A stretch of 64,000 nucleotides of DNA, taken from Welwitschia mirabilis (Eukaryota). Where the stretch lies: positions 10,484,550 through 10,548,549 of the forward strand of contig JBOZIK010000001.1 in NCBI GenBank assembly GCA_051453625.1. Direction: 5' to 3'. The notes beneath the pieces are model-generated. The model saw only the letters and a list, made by a program, of their open reading frames with translations, made no database searches and had not been told where the DNA came from. Below are positions 1 through 14,160 of the stretch, in pieces. Position 1 is the stretch's first letter. Each line of letters opens with the position of its first letter. The position numbers and the translations under genes were made by a program.

Positions 1-3000
1 AATATCAGCATACCAAGGAGAAGGATGAGTAAAAGATACGGTAAAATGTTGTTTATCTAGAAAATAATCATTAATTATAAGATCATCAAGAGAAGAAAAC
101 AGACATGAAAAATGATCTGCTATACTATGATGCTTTCCTACCTTATTACTGATATCCAACTTAAATTCTTGCATGAGGAGGATCCATCTAATAAGTCTAA
201 CACTAGAATATTTCTTGGTCATGAGGTATCTAATTGCTACATAGTCAGTATGAGGAGGATCTATCTAATAAGTCTAACACTAGAATCTTTCTTGGTTACG
301 AGGTATCTAATTGCTACATATTCAGTATAAACATTTGTATAAAAGCCTAAAAGATAATGTCTAAGCGTATCAAGGTATAATATTATTGCTAATATTTCTT
401 TTTCAGTAGTAGTATGATTCATTTGAGCTTTAGATAAACTTTTACTATGATAAGATATAACCTTAAAATCATTTTCATGTTTTTATCTAAACATTCCACC
501 TATGATAATCTTACTAGCATAACACATTAACTCAAGATATTTATTCCAATCGGTCATGTTNNNNNNNNNNNNNNNNNNNNNNNNNNNNNNNNNNNNNNNN
601 NNNNNNNNNNNNNNNNNNNNNNNNNNNNNNNNNNNNNNNNNNNNNNNNNNNNNNNNNNNNTATGAGTCTAATGTTATGGAGTTTTTATGGTAACAAGATA
701 ATTAACAATATCAACATACCAAGGAGAAGGATGAGTAAAAGATACAGCAAAATGTTGTTTATCTAGAAAAGAATCATTAATTATAAGATCATCAAGAGAA
801 GAAAAAAGATATGAAAAATGATCTGCTATACTATTATGCTTTCCTACCTTATCAATGATATCCAACTTAAATTCTTGCATGAGGAGGATCCATCTAATAA
901 GTCTAACACTAGAATCTTTCTTGGTCACAAGGTATCTAATTGCTACATAGTCAGTATGAGGAGGATCCATCTAATAAGTCTAACACTAGAATCTTTCTTG
1001 GTCACGAGGTATCTAATTACTACATATTCAGTATAAACATTTGTACAAAAGCCTAAAAGATAATGTCTAAGTGTATCAAGGTATAATATTATTGCTAATA
1101 TTTCTTTTTCAGTAGTAGTATGATTTATTTGAGCTTTAGACAAAGTTTTACTATGATAAGATATAACCTTAAAATCATTTTCATATTTTTATCTAAACAT
1201 TCCACCTATGATAATCTTACTAGTATAACACATTAACTCAAAATATTTATTCCAATTGGTCGTGTTACAATATATGAGGAAGAGATTTTATCTTTAAGTG
1301 TTTCAAAAGCAAGCTAACAAGATTTATTCTAATCAAATTTATCTTCTTTTTCAAGTAACAGGTAAAGGGGTTTATAAATTTTCACATAATCCTGAATAAA
1401 ATGATGATAAAAATCATAATAACTAAGGAAAGATTGAACTTGTTTTACATTTACTAGAGGAGTTAGGTTTTTAATGTTACTGACTTTTTCAGGGTTCATC
1501 CTAGTTCCTTTATTAAAAATATGGTGATCTAATACAATTCCATTATCAATTAAAATTAAAATCTTCTTCCAACTCAAATGTAGATCACTCTTGATATCTA
1601 TCAAGGACTTTCTCTAATCTTTCTAAGATTTGTTCAAAGTTTTCATCATAGATTGAGAAGTCATCTATAAAAATTTCAATTGAATCCTATAACATATCAA
1701 AAAAGATACCTATCATTTCATGTTAAAAAGTACCAAGAGAATTAAAAAGTCCAAAAAGCATGTGTCTAAAGGCAAAAGTTCTAAAAGGTGAAGTAAAAGT
1801 AGTATTAGCCTAATCCTTAATAGCAATACAAACCTAATTGTAACCACTATGTCCATCAAGAAAACCACTATGTCCATTAAGAAAATAATAAAAAGCCTAT
1901 CCTTGAATTATATTAAGTATTAGATTAAGAAAAGGTAAAGGATAATGGTCTTTCTTGGTTACTTTACTTACTTTTCAAAAATTGATACACATTCTTCATT
2001 TCCCATCTTTCTTAGGCACTACCATCAAATGGCTAACCCATTTACTATCATCTATGGCATAAATAATTTTATAGTTTATTAATTTAATGATTTCATCTTT
2101 TATGACTTGTTTAAGGGCTAGATTTAATCTATGTTGGGGTTACCTAATAGGTTTTACATTATCTTCAAAGCAGATTTTATATTAAACAACGGAGGTAGAT
2201 ATGGTTGTTAAATCTTTATGGGATCAAATAAATGCATTAATCTTAGATTTTAAAAGTTAGATTAAAATTAAATTTTGTTGAAGGAAAAGTTTCTTATTTA
2301 TTATCAAAGTTTTCTTCTAATCATAACACAAAAAGATATCTTCTAGTCCACTGGGTAAAGGTTTCAAATCTAAATTTATATTTTCTATTAAATATTTATC
2401 AATATTCACTATCATTTTAGACTATCGTCTGGATGACTGTAGTGGAAAAATTCCATTAAAATAAGAAATATTAGTTTTATTCAGATTTTAGACCTCTGCA
2501 TAGTTTGCAGTTTTAGTTTTTTTACTCTTTTTATCAAAATAGTCAATTCATAAATGCTCATAATTAATTTGACCATCATTGAAAGATTTCAGGTTTTCTA
2601 CTTCAAGTGGATTATCAAATCAGATAGGCTCATGAAGCATTAATCATCTTTCTTCTAGTGGAGGATTTGTAAAAATAGACTAGGCTTAATTTCTCCTTCA
2701 ATATTTAATTCATCATTTAAATTCTTTTTGATGTCATTAAATACCCTAATCATGAACTTTTATTTCCTAAGTGACATTCTGTCATTCCATTCCTAGTATT
2801 GATAATACAATGGGCTATTGCATAAAAAGCTCTATCTAAAAGTAGTGAATAACCTCTGTTATGCTCAACTTTAATCACAATCATATCTATAGGATAGAGT
2901 TCTTCTTCAATTTAAATNNNNNNNNNNGGTAAACATGTAAAGGTATCATGTTAACACTTGCTTCTATATTGATTAAGAACTTTTTTATTCTTTTATTTTC

Positions 3001-5080
3001 CTTCAAAGTGGCACTAACTATTTTTACCCTTGAATATTTAAACTTTAGACATTTTTGTAAAACTAAGTTGATTATCTATTGGACTAGAAAACTTTATTAG
3101 ATATAGTTCATTTTATTTCCTCCTAATTAGATATTGTCGCAACTTGGAATATTTAGGATTTTCTTGCAAAAGTTTCTAAAATGATAAATTTATGATTAAT
3201 TTTTTATTTATCTTTAAGATGTTTCTCAAAGGTAGGATTGATGTTTAATCTNNNNNNNNNNNNNNTAAGAGGTCTCTTACCTTTATCTTGAGAAGAATTT
3301 TTCTTATCATCATTTAAAGGAGAAGGGAAAGTATGACTTTCTAATATTTCTATATGCTCCTCTTCTTTATTATTTTTATCATTTTGAAATGTTTAAGCCT
3401 CTTAAGTATGAGGTGTTAAATCATTTCCACTTCTTGTCACAACCTTACAATCTTTTTTACTTCATTAGGGTTGGGTGAATGTTGTGTTGTAAGTGATCCT
3501 TGTGATCTTTGATTAGCAAGTATATTTTGTTATAGAACATTAACAAGATTTTCAATGTTTGAATTTCTTTTATCTTGAGATTTTCTTAATTCATCAATAG
3601 AATTATAAGTGGATCATTTTGGTTTTATGGGTTTGATATGCTTCCTTGATACTTTGAGTTTCTTAGTTGGAAGTTTGAGTTGTTTGTTTGAAAGTNNNNN
3701 NNNNNNNNNNNNNNNNNNNNNNNNNNNNNNNNNNNNNNNNNNNNNNNNNNNNNNNNNNNNNNNNNNNNNNNNNNNNNNNNNNNNNNNNNNNNNNNTCTTT
3801 GATTAGCAAGTATATTTTATTATAGAACATTAACAAGATTTTCAATGTTTGAATTTGTTTTATCTTGAGATTTTCTTAATTCATCAATGAAATTCTAAGT
3901 GGATCATTTTGGTTTTATGAGTTTGATATGCTTTCTTGATACTTTGAGTTTCATAGTTGGAAATTTGAGTTGTTTGTTTGAAAGCTAGTATTCTTAGATC
4001 TATTTTTAAGTGGTTAAAATTTCGGATAATTTTCTTGAAAGTTCTTAAATTTGTTCTCAAAGTATTAAAAATTTGGTTTTCCATTCATCCTAGGTCTAAA
4101 ATAATTTTAATTTTGATTTTGGTTTCTAGAGTTTGAAGACCTCTGATTGAATGCACACACCTCTTCATAAATCCTTTCTTCGTAAGTTGGTAATAAAGGA
4201 CAATATTTCATTATATGATAGTTATCTTCACACAAATCATAAGTTGGAACCACCACCACACTCTTTTCAATTGCCATCTTAGAATCTAAGATCACGTGAG
4301 TGTATTTTTCTAGTGTTGTAGTGAAATCCTTAATAACATTTATTGTTTCTTTCTATGTTTTCACCTCTTCCTTTTCTTATTTAAATTTTTTAAGGTCTTT
4401 TATATTTGTCCTACTATATGATTTTCTTTAGGTATTGGTTTATGCCATATTTGACTTACTTCTACTAATTCTTTCAACACTTTTCATGCATTTTTTAATG
4501 TGAGATTTATTAAGTTTCCTCCACATGAAAAATCTACAAGTTATTTGATTTGGCTATTAATTCCACTATAGAAATAATCTACTAATTCTTTTTGAGTGAA
4601 AGAATCTATAGGGCTTTAATGTATGGAAACAAAAAATCACTCATAAGTGAAGGCATAATCTTCATTAGGTTGTTGTTGGAAATTCGTTACTTCTTTCTTT
4701 CTTTTTCTTCTAGTTGTTTCACTAATAAATCTTTTTATAAATACATCTTGAACTTGATTCCATATTTTTAAACTTTTATGTGGAATAGTTCTTAATCATA
4801 GTTTACATTATTCTTTTAAAGTGATAGGAATACTAACTATGTAAGTATGATCACTAATTTAGTTTTTACCATTTCTAGAATTAAGTACTAATTGTTCAAT
4901 ATCGGCTATATGTTGGAGGGGATCTTTATCGTTCTCTCCATTAAAAATAAGATAAGCATTTAAATTTCTTAACTTGACATCATCTCTAGGATGTAGGTTA
5001 AAAGGGGTTTAGATTTCATATTTCTTATTTTCTATAAGTTCTTTAAGGGTGATACTAGAGGGGCAGTAGTAGAGATCCAT
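1..5080 (-). pseudogene. Degenerate gag-pol of Athila-like copy A
   Basis: Candidate ATG at 5080 (MDLYYCPSSITLKELIENKKYEI...DPLQHIADIEQ). Protease-like FLINIEASVNM near 2945-2980. RT WVSHLMVVPKKDGK*RMC...KDHYPLPF near 1935-2045 and FIDD at 1660-1671. RNase H TTTEKEILAII and RLIRWILLMQEF. Many stops and frameshifts. Confidence 0.9.
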
Positions 5081-6623
5081 TAACAATAGGGGGATTAGGT
5101 CAAATAACCTATTTCTATTTTTGTGACAAATTCAACATTGTAACAAAACGACTTTCTTCTAAACTATTTTTGAAAAATTTTCTTTTGAAACATTAGATTA
5201 TAAAATAATAATGCAAAAAAATTCTTCTTGTTTGACTTCTAAAATATTTTGTATACCTAGGATATGGATACATAGTTTAAGTTTATAGTCAATCAAAACT
5301 TCTTGAACGTTTTTTTTTAATCAACAAATGCTCTCTCTGATATTTCATATTTTTATCAAAATTTACCATATCCCAGCATGCTCAGTTCTATTTTGAATGC
5401 ATCATCTATGTGATTCGCTAGACAAATACCTAGATAACAACTCATACAAAAAACTAAAAAATTAGAAACACAATAAAATAGAGTCATAAAATAACACAGA
5501 ATGAAATTATATAATCATTTGCTAAGTCATCCGAANNNNNNNNNNNNNNNNNNNNNNNNNNNNNNNNNNNNNNNNNNNNNNNNNNNNNNNNNNNNNNNNN
5601 NNNNNNNNNNNNNNNNNNNNNNNNNNNNNNNNNNNGGTTAAAAGAGGTTTAGATTTCATATTTCTTATTTTCTATAAGTTCTTTATGGGTGACACTAGAG
5701 GGGCAGTAATAGAGATCCATTAACAATAGGAGGATTAGGTGAAATAACCTATTTCTATTTTTGTGACAAATTTAACATTGTAATAAAATGACTTTCTTCT
5801 AAACTATTTTTAAAAAATTTTATTTTGAAAAATTAGATTATGAAATAATAATGCAAAAAAATCTTCTTGTTTGACTCCTAAAATATTTTGTGTACCTAGG
5901 GTATGGATACATAGTTTAAGTTTATGGTCAATTAAAACTTCTTGAACATTTTTTTAATCAACAAATGGTCTCTCTGATATTTCATATTTTTATCAAAATT
6001 TACCATATCATAGCATGCTTAGTTCTATTTTGAATGCATGATCTATGTGGTTCGCTAGACAAATACCTATATAACAACACATACAAAAAATTAAAAAATT
6101 AAAAACAAAAAAAATAGAATCATAAAATAACACAGAATGAAAATAGATAATCATTTGCTAAGTCATCTGAATGATAGAGGGGATGATAAGAAAATCCTAG
6201 TTCTTAAAAAAAAATGAAAAACCTAAGGCACATAGACCATCATCACTGTGCATCATTTGGATGACTATGGGAATAACAAGATGTTTATTTTGAAATGAAA
6301 AATGAAAACTGTGAAAAGGAAAACCTACATTTCTGCTATAAAAATACAATGCTACTATAGAAAAATATCTAAACTAAAACCCANNNNNNNNNNNNNNNNN
6401 NNNNNNNNNNNNNNNNNNNNNNNNNNNNNNNNNNNNNNNNNNNNNNNNNNNNNNNNNNNNNNNNNNNNNNNNNNNNNNNNNNNTTTGAAATGAAAAATGA
6501 AAACTGTAAAAAGAAAAACCTACATTTCTGCTATAAAAATACAATGCTACTATAGAAAAATATCTGAACTAAAACCCAAAGCACTTACTTGAGCAACGAT
6601 AATCCTCGAACTCTAAGTATCCT

Positions 6624-6641
6624 TCCCTAGCAATGGTGCCA
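6624..6641 (-). promoter_or_regulatory. Primer binding site (tRNA-Asp type, Athila)
   Basis: The minus strand reads TGGCACCATTGCTAGGGA, equal to the Athila consensus TGGCGCCGTTGCCGGGGA after CpG decay. It starts 3 nt after the LTR end ...CAACA. Confidence 0.85.
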
Positions 6642-6644
6642 ACA

Positions 6645-7900
6645 TGTTGCGATGTGTATTTGTACCAACGTTACATCCTCAAACAGATCCTATAAGTCAC
6701 TATATATATATATATATGTATTGCATAAGATAATACACTAATATAAATGGGAGCAACCAAAATGTCATAACCATGTTGAAGGCATAGACAAGAAAAAAGG
6801 AGAATTATTTCACAAATGAAATACTATATCCTCAAAATAAAATGAAATAATAATGCAACTAGCAATGCAAATAAACATACTACGCAAATGAAATGCAAGT
6901 CTAAACTACATATAACTTTGTTTGATTACCAAATCAACCTATCATAGATATTGACCCTATATAACCTAGATCAATTAAGGAAATCTATCACTAGATCAAC
7001 ACGAACCTAAACTATTAGATACATTGAACAAAATATGAAAATAATGCAAAGTTAATCTAGGAAATGAAATGCATTGCACTTAAATTAANNNNNNNNNNNN
7101 NNNNNNNNNNNNNNNNNNNNNNNNNNNNNNNNNNNNNNNNNNNNNNNNNNNNNNNNNNNNNNNNNNNNNNNNNNNNNNNNNNNNNNNNNNNNNNNNNNNN
7201 NNNNNNNNNNNNNNNNNNNNNNNNNNNNNNNNNNNNNNNNNNNNNNNNNNNNNNNNNNNNNNNNNNNNNNNNNNNNNNNNNNNNNNNNNNNNNNNNNNNN
7301 NNNNNNNNNNNNNNNNNNNNNNNNNNNNNNNNNNNNNNNNNNNNNNNNNNNNNNNNNNNNNNNNNNNNNNNNNNNNNNNNNNNNNNNNNNNNNNNNNNNN
7401 NNNNNNNNNNNNNNNNNNNNNNNNNNNNNNNNNNNNNNNNNNNNNNNNNNNNNNNNNNNNNNNNNNNNNNNNNNNNNNNNNNNNNNNNNNNNAATTTTGG
7501 TAAAGTGTTTATCTTAGGTGTCGGCCTGCTAATCATCTAGATGTTACTAGAGACATATCACATCATATAAGTTTTACATCAACTGTTAGATTGGGCCAAG
7601 TAAGCATCCTCCTTTGCTTAAGTGTTTTTGTCATCCATATCATCATCTAGATGATGAGGAGGATGATAGGATTTTTTGAAGTATTACATGTGTTACATTA
7701 GCCTTTTTGTTTGTAGGATTGTTACTTTAGATAGGAAGTATTGTAAATTGCTTTAAATACTATAAAATGTAATTAAGATTGCATGTTTTAATGACATTCA
7801 CCTTGATTCTCTATTATCGTCGANNNNNNNNNNNNNNNNNNNNNNNNNNNNNNNNNNNNNNAAATACCCTATTAAAAACATACAATTTGGTAGTGCAGTA
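6645..7900 (-). repeat. 5' LTR of copy A (partly gapped)
   Basis: The reverse complement aligns with LTR 50126-51339 at the start (TACTGCACTACCAAATTGT vs TGATGTGCTACCAAATTGT), the middle (AATACTTCCTAT, AAAATCCTATC) and the end (TATGACATTT..GTT.CT.CCAT). Confidence 0.85.
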
Positions 7901-8899
7901 GGAATCATATGTTATTTTTTATATAAGAAAAAAATTATAAGGTTCTTAGCTAAATCATATAATTAAGAAAGAGCTTTAGCATTAGTTTCTTACTTGAAAA
8001 ATTTAGATCATGTCCTACAAGTGCAAAAACTATTATTTTCACTAATCATTTTATTTTCAAATACTTGTTGGATAAGAAATATTACAAGGATAAATTAATG
8101 ATATTAATAAAGATCTTAAAATAACTTAATCTTANNNNNNNNNNNNNNNNNNNNNNNNNNNNNNNNNNNNNNNNNNNNNNNNNNNNNNNNNNNNNNNNNN
8201 NNNNNNNNNNNNNNNNNNNNNNNNNNNNNNNNNNTGAATTTTTTATGAGTCAAACATAAGTATTCAAGTGATAACTGGTGAATATAATTAATACTAACTA
8301 ATTCCTACTCACCTCACTGTTAAAAATAAAGATAATACATATTAATAATCAAAAGAATGAGGCCCATATATATATGAAAAACTTTACTTCATTCACCTTC
8401 AAGATGATCTCAAAATATTTGGTATTTCTAGATATCATTTAGAACTAACAAAGTAATTTGATTACTAGCCATTATCACAAGGAGAAACGTCTACCCATAA
8501 TCAATTATGAACGTCAAGATAAGGCTATATAAATGGTTAAAAATAGTTTTCCACATTGCTTTAACAAGATAACTTAGTAATTTTAACATTATGATAAACT
8601 AAGTTTTATTAAAAATTAATTATAAAAAAAGCATCTTGTTAACTACATTCCATGCTAAATAATTGATAGATTGTACCATAGCCAAATAGTAGGGTAGCAT
8701 AATGATCTAGAGGTTGGTGGAACTAGGATTCTTTGGAAAGCTCAATAAGAATTCTAAAACATTGTTTAAAAATTTTAGAAATTTCAAGTGAGGAGGGGAT
8801 CTTATGACCTATAAATCTTAGTTTTTATTTTTTAAATTATCATTACTCTGGTTTTTTTTAAATGAATAAAAACTAAGTAAAAATTTTATAAAACTTTAT

Positions 8900-11300
8900 A
8901 TTAAGTCTGAATTATTAAATTAAATCTTTTATAATGCTATTAAATAGATAAGACTCCTAATTTTATAAAGTAAAAAGAACACCTAATGCATAAAATAAAA
9001 GTTAAGAAAAAGTAAAAAATGCATGGATAAAAAGTCCATACTAAGAAATATTTTCAAAAATCTCTTCTAGTATTTTCCTCTACTTCTGTAAAAGTAGATC
9101 TTACTTTTATAGAAAAGAAAACTAGATTTTCATGAGGGTTAACTCTTTACCCTAATTATAATACCATAGTGCAATGTATTAGGCTTGAAAATTTCCCCTC
9201 AACATGGGAATACTTTTTCTTTTAAGGAAATGGGACTAGCAGAGCAAGACATTAGTTATATAGCCTATAATAAAAAGTTCCTTAAAAGGGATATTTTAGT
9301 TAAGGGAACTACTTCATAAAGAAGTAGTCAAGTTATTCCTACACATCTTATAGAAATAGGATTTATCCATTACACATCCCATAATGATAAGCTAAAATGT
9401 ACTATACATATTATAATACTAGAAAAAATGTACTACATCTTTTTTGTACTTAGTTCAATAAATTATTTTCTTAATAACCTAAAAAATTAAACAAAGCTTA
9501 ATATGAACAAAATAATAAACTGTATCAACTCATAATTAATCCTATCTAGGATTGAAAATATTACAAACTTTCTTAACTACATAGTTTTATTAGAATATCA
9601 ACTCTCTTTTTTATCGTTAGATAGAATATAAGGATAATAACTTTTTCTCTATACATTTCCTAACTTTATGGATATCTAAATAAAATGGCTTTCTTTTATC
9701 ATGATGGAATGGATATTTTCTATGCAAATTGAATATTAAGTATGGATGAAAATATTTTTCATTTATTCACTTTAACTTTAATGATTTTAAAAGTTTTCTC
9801 AATTATTTAAATTCTCTACATGCTTTAAATGTAGATGTATACATTAGTTATATAGAGGATAGTGCTATTAACCCCTAATGTTTGGACCCTTAATGAAAAG
9901 GTAATGTTCTTAAGCATATAATAAATTCTTATATTGATAACGGTTTTTTAAATTTTATAACATAATTAGATTTATAAGATGCCTTTAATATAAAATGAAT
10001 GTGAGACAAAAGTCTAAGTATCTTAGCACTCTCATAGTAGCACTCAGATGATTAACCTTTAGTACATGAAGATACCTAATAAGGTACCAACTATATATAA
10101 GATATTGGATCTAGAATTAGTAACATAAAGAAGACTAATCAATAATTTTATGAATTTTATTTCATTTATTGATTCCAAGTATTTATCAATATATATATTC
10201 TCATTACACTCAATAACATCTTTAGCATTTCCTAGTCCAAATTTCTAAATTATATCTCTAATGTACTTCCTTTGAGTTATTAAGATTTTAAATTTTTCTC
10301 TAATTTCTTTCTATGCTAAGTTAGAATCTATATAGTTCTAGATTATAAATTTATAGTGCCTCAGTTAAAGAAATCCTTGTATGGTTTACATCTACTTTAT
10401 CATTACTAGTTCTTAACATATCATATACAGATACCACTACATACATAGATCTAACTCCATTAGATTTATTGAATAATGTGTTACCTATTAATGATAACCA
10501 CATAGTATGAATCCAAGTGTAAAAACATAATTTATAAGTTTTGTGTACTATGCCCATAGATATTTTTCTAATCCATACAATGACTTAAGTAGTGTATACA
10601 CTATTTGTTCCTTACCATTCACTTTAAAGCCCTTAGAATGCATCATTCACATTTATCATTTTAGATTTCCATTAATAATATCTAATTATTATAATTTTCA
10701 TCTATTTTAATTTACTAAAGTAATTACAATTCTAATTATATCCCATTTAGCTATCAATGAAAAGATCTCATGGTAGTCTAATTTTTTTCTTTGACATATT
10801 CCTATTGTGAATTTATAAATTTTATATCATTTAAGAGTGCTACCTACTTTATAATTATTGTGAAAAATACATGTGATAATGCTATAGGACCTAATGGAAG
10901 ATTAACCAACTAACATGTATCATTTTCTATGAGCACATTGTATTCTTATTTTATAGCTTAGACCTAATAATCATTCAAGATGACATCTTTAAATGAGATT
11001 GGTCTACCATCAAAAGTAAAATAAATATTAACATCATCTTTATAAGATGTATGAAACTTTTCTTGATTCTATTTTCCCCCTTTTCATGCTTATGAATGTC
11101 TTCTAGAGCTAACTTAAATCAAATACATCATTTTCATCTTTAAGAAAGATAAACATTCTTATAAGGATATTCTAAGATATTTCTATTAGAATCGCATTTA
11201 CACGTGCTTAGTACATAAACTTGAACAATTTCACTAAGTTGTATAGTGGAAAAATTACTTTAAGTGAAAGGAACTAATAACTTAATAATAACAGATACAT
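8900..11300 (-). mobile_element. Degenerate Ty1/Copia retrotransposon fragment (RT-RNase H, 3' UTR, PPT, probable 3' LTR); outer boundaries approximate
   Basis: Minus-strand VVVSVYDML (decayed YVDD) near 10415-10440, TNSRSNILYIVG (TRPDI-like) near 10085-10125, and an RNase H tail at 9540-9740. PPT TTGAGGGGAA at 9193-9202. Colinear with 37240-39170. Confidence 0.75.
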
Positions 11301-11491
11301 CTGCTCCCTAACTATTGGACATTTATGATATGATATTTACATGGAATAAGAGGAAGGATAAATATTGAAAAGATAAGGCTAAAAGAAACTTGTAAAATTT
11401 TAAAAAAATATAACATCATAAGAAATAATATCTTGTGATACTCAAAAAATACATGTGATACCCTTATATCTAGTTGTATGTCACATATATA

Positions 11492-13937
11492 TGTGGACAC
11501 AAGCATTTACACATATGTTTCATAATGTTTGATAGGATTATGAATATATAACTTGAATTTAAATACATATATATTATTTAGAGTAGGTTTGTATCCATGT
11601 AATTGTTTAACAAGATATATGTTAACATGTAAAAATTATCATTTATCTCAAGTATTTTAGGCCAATCTATCATAATTCAATACATTGATTTAACTATTTT
11701 AATCATAAAAATATGTTTTATATCCTTTTTTGATGACATATTAATTTTAAGATTTTACTCATGACATTTCTAGGTCTTTAGCCATGTTTCAAAGCACATG
11801 TTATAAGATGGATTCAATTTTGTATAAAATAAATTCATCACTACTAATATGTGGCACATGTGCTACTTAGTGGAAGAATCCTACTCGATAACTCATGTGT
11901 TGATCTCATTATGACAATCCACATTATTTTTGACTTTATGCCATGCTAGTTATAACATCTAAATATTCCATTCAAAATGATAAATATTGAAAGATAAAAC
12001 CCTACTCACTATACCAAACACTAAAAGATAAAATTCCAACCATTCCAGCAAATACTAAAAGACAAAACCCAATCATCCCAATCCTAATTTTCACTAGACA
12101 AAGGGTGTAGCACCTTAATTTGTATTCATTCATGCTTGGGAGAGGAGTTTCAATCGAGAGGAGAATACTTCTATTCCATTGTACTTCATGCTAAGGATGA
12201 TGCATTCTTTCTTTTATATCACTCCCTTTGGATGGACAGTCCTATTTTCTAATTATGTATTATATAATTTCTCTATTTAATCTATTAAAATGCTACTATT
12301 CTTTGATTAATCCTAGTATGATTTATGACCTACTTTTAGGTCTTTTGATAAGTTAAAGAAAGTTATTTGATATTTTGGTTTAATATTTTTGATAGCAAGT
12401 GGAGGATCTTACATACTTATTATGCTTGAGTTTTTGTTGAAGGATGTTAAGTTTCTATAATTGATTTCTTCATGTTATTGTCTTAGTTTTTGATCTATAC
12501 TGAGGTTTGATTATCTTTGGGTATTTTACGTACTTTTCATGCTTACATAAATATGTTATTAGAGATAAGGTAACTTAAGGTCTTCATGAACACTCACATG
12601 ATATATGATATTATGTCACATTCTTAAGCTTTCAAAAAGATTAACCTTTTCAGTTTTATAATAAAACGAATATATCTTTATTGTAATTTTACTATCATTG
12701 TTATGTTCATGCTAGATTTTGAGATCTATGCTTTATTCCTAACTATAGTATTTGATTTCCTTATATATTTCTTTTTGTTTCTATTCTCTTTTCTCTAAAA
12801 TCTCTTTTTATTACATTTATTTTAGTGCTAGTTTTATAATAGTTTATCACATCTATCTCTAAGAAAGAATGACACTATAACTATACCATAAAAGAAATTC
12901 TTCGTTTTTATTTGGTAAAGGTCTGAGGATGGCTTCGTAAGTTTTATATCCCTAGGATGCTCTTGTGTTATCTAATTTTGATATGAAGATACACGAATAG
13001 TTACTTTTCACCATGAATAAGCATTTTGGTGCCATTACTAGGGATAATGACATGGTGGCTATAGTGATGCATGCACAAATTTTCTTTCCTTGATCTTAAA
13101 TTTTACTATTATTAGTTTTAATTGCATTATCTAGTGTGTAATACTAGTCTTATTTCAGTGACACTCTACAAGTCCTTATTTTTAGTTTTTTAAAAAAATT
13201 TCATAGACTTTTATTGTTCTAAAAAAGAATATCATCACTATACCAATCTTTTGTATGTAGGGCTAACTAGTTTTTATAGTTTTATCTTACCTAGTTTATC
13301 TTAAATTAGAGCCAATGCAATGAAAATTTGAAAAATAAAAAATGATAAAATAGAGAAGAAATCTCAATCCCTCTTTTCTTTTTTGCAAAATTTACTTCTA
13401 TTGTTCATTTTTAGTACTATGCACATTTAGAATTAGATTTTTAATATCCATTTAGTTTTTTACAATTTTGTTTTTCTAGGGTTTTCTTAGGTTTTCATTT
13501 CATTTCTGCACATTTCACCTCCAAATTTTTCTTAGTCATTTGTCTTGTATTTCTCTATATTTTCTAACATTATGTAACTTTTGAATCCATCAACATCTAA
13601 TTCTCTAATATTTAAAATTCCATATAGGTCTTGATCATTCATTATTTTTTTTGAATTTGTAATGCAAATATCTCTATTAGCTTTATCAAAACCATTTTAA
13701 ATGTAGCATGGAGCTTAATGTTAACCATGAAAATACATTATTCCATTGGTCCTTTCTCTAAACAAACCATTGTATTTTCAATTTCAAAATTTCTCCTACA
13801 CTTGAAACCCGAGGATAACTATAAGAAATCATGTTTAACATCTAGTTACCCCTTCATTCATAGATCAACCTCCGTATGATCATGAATTTAAAAATTATTA
13901 CTTTTCACATAGGAAGTTTGATTCTATGTTTTCTAAC
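11492..13937 (+). mobile_element. Athila-like LTR (about 11492-13023) plus PBS and leader, a different family from copies A/B
   Basis: PBS TGGTGCCATTACTAGGGA at 13027-13044 follows ...AGCA. The upstream 1.5 kb is LTR-like. The 5' boundary is uncertain. Confidence 0.6.
13027..13044 (+). promoter_or_regulatory. Primer binding site (tRNA-Asp type)
   Basis: TGGTGCCATTACTAGGGA is a transition-decayed form of TGGCGCCGTTGCCGGGGA. Confidence 0.75.
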
Positions 13938-14160
13938 CACTACAATAAAAATCACTTTTAATGATGGTTTTTAGTTATCATTAATATAATAATGGTCTTT
14001 TATACTAATGATGGATTTAAGCCTTCATAAAGAATTTAGTCTATAGTTTTACTTTAAAAACATTAATGATGACCTATGACCATTATTAAAATATATATGA
14101 TGATATCTTGTAACTATTATTGAATGTTCAAATAGTAATGAATTTTAGCCATCATACAAC
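13938..14160 (+). mobile_element. CACTA (En/Spm) transposon left end: TIR plus subterminal repeats
   Basis: CACTACAATAAAAA at 13938, followed by several ATGATGG....CCATCATTA-like inverted motif pairs (a decayed ATGACGG/CCGTCAT pattern). Confidence 0.75.

Larger units (their letters stand above)
1..7900 (-). mobile_element. Ty3/Gypsy Athila-like LTR retrotransposon, copy A (5' LTR, PBS, gag-PR-RT-RH; continues beyond the window start)
   Basis: Minus-strand gag, protease, RT and RNase H motifs, a tRNA-Asp-type PBS at 6624-6641, and an LTR homologous to 50126-51339. Confidence 0.9.
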
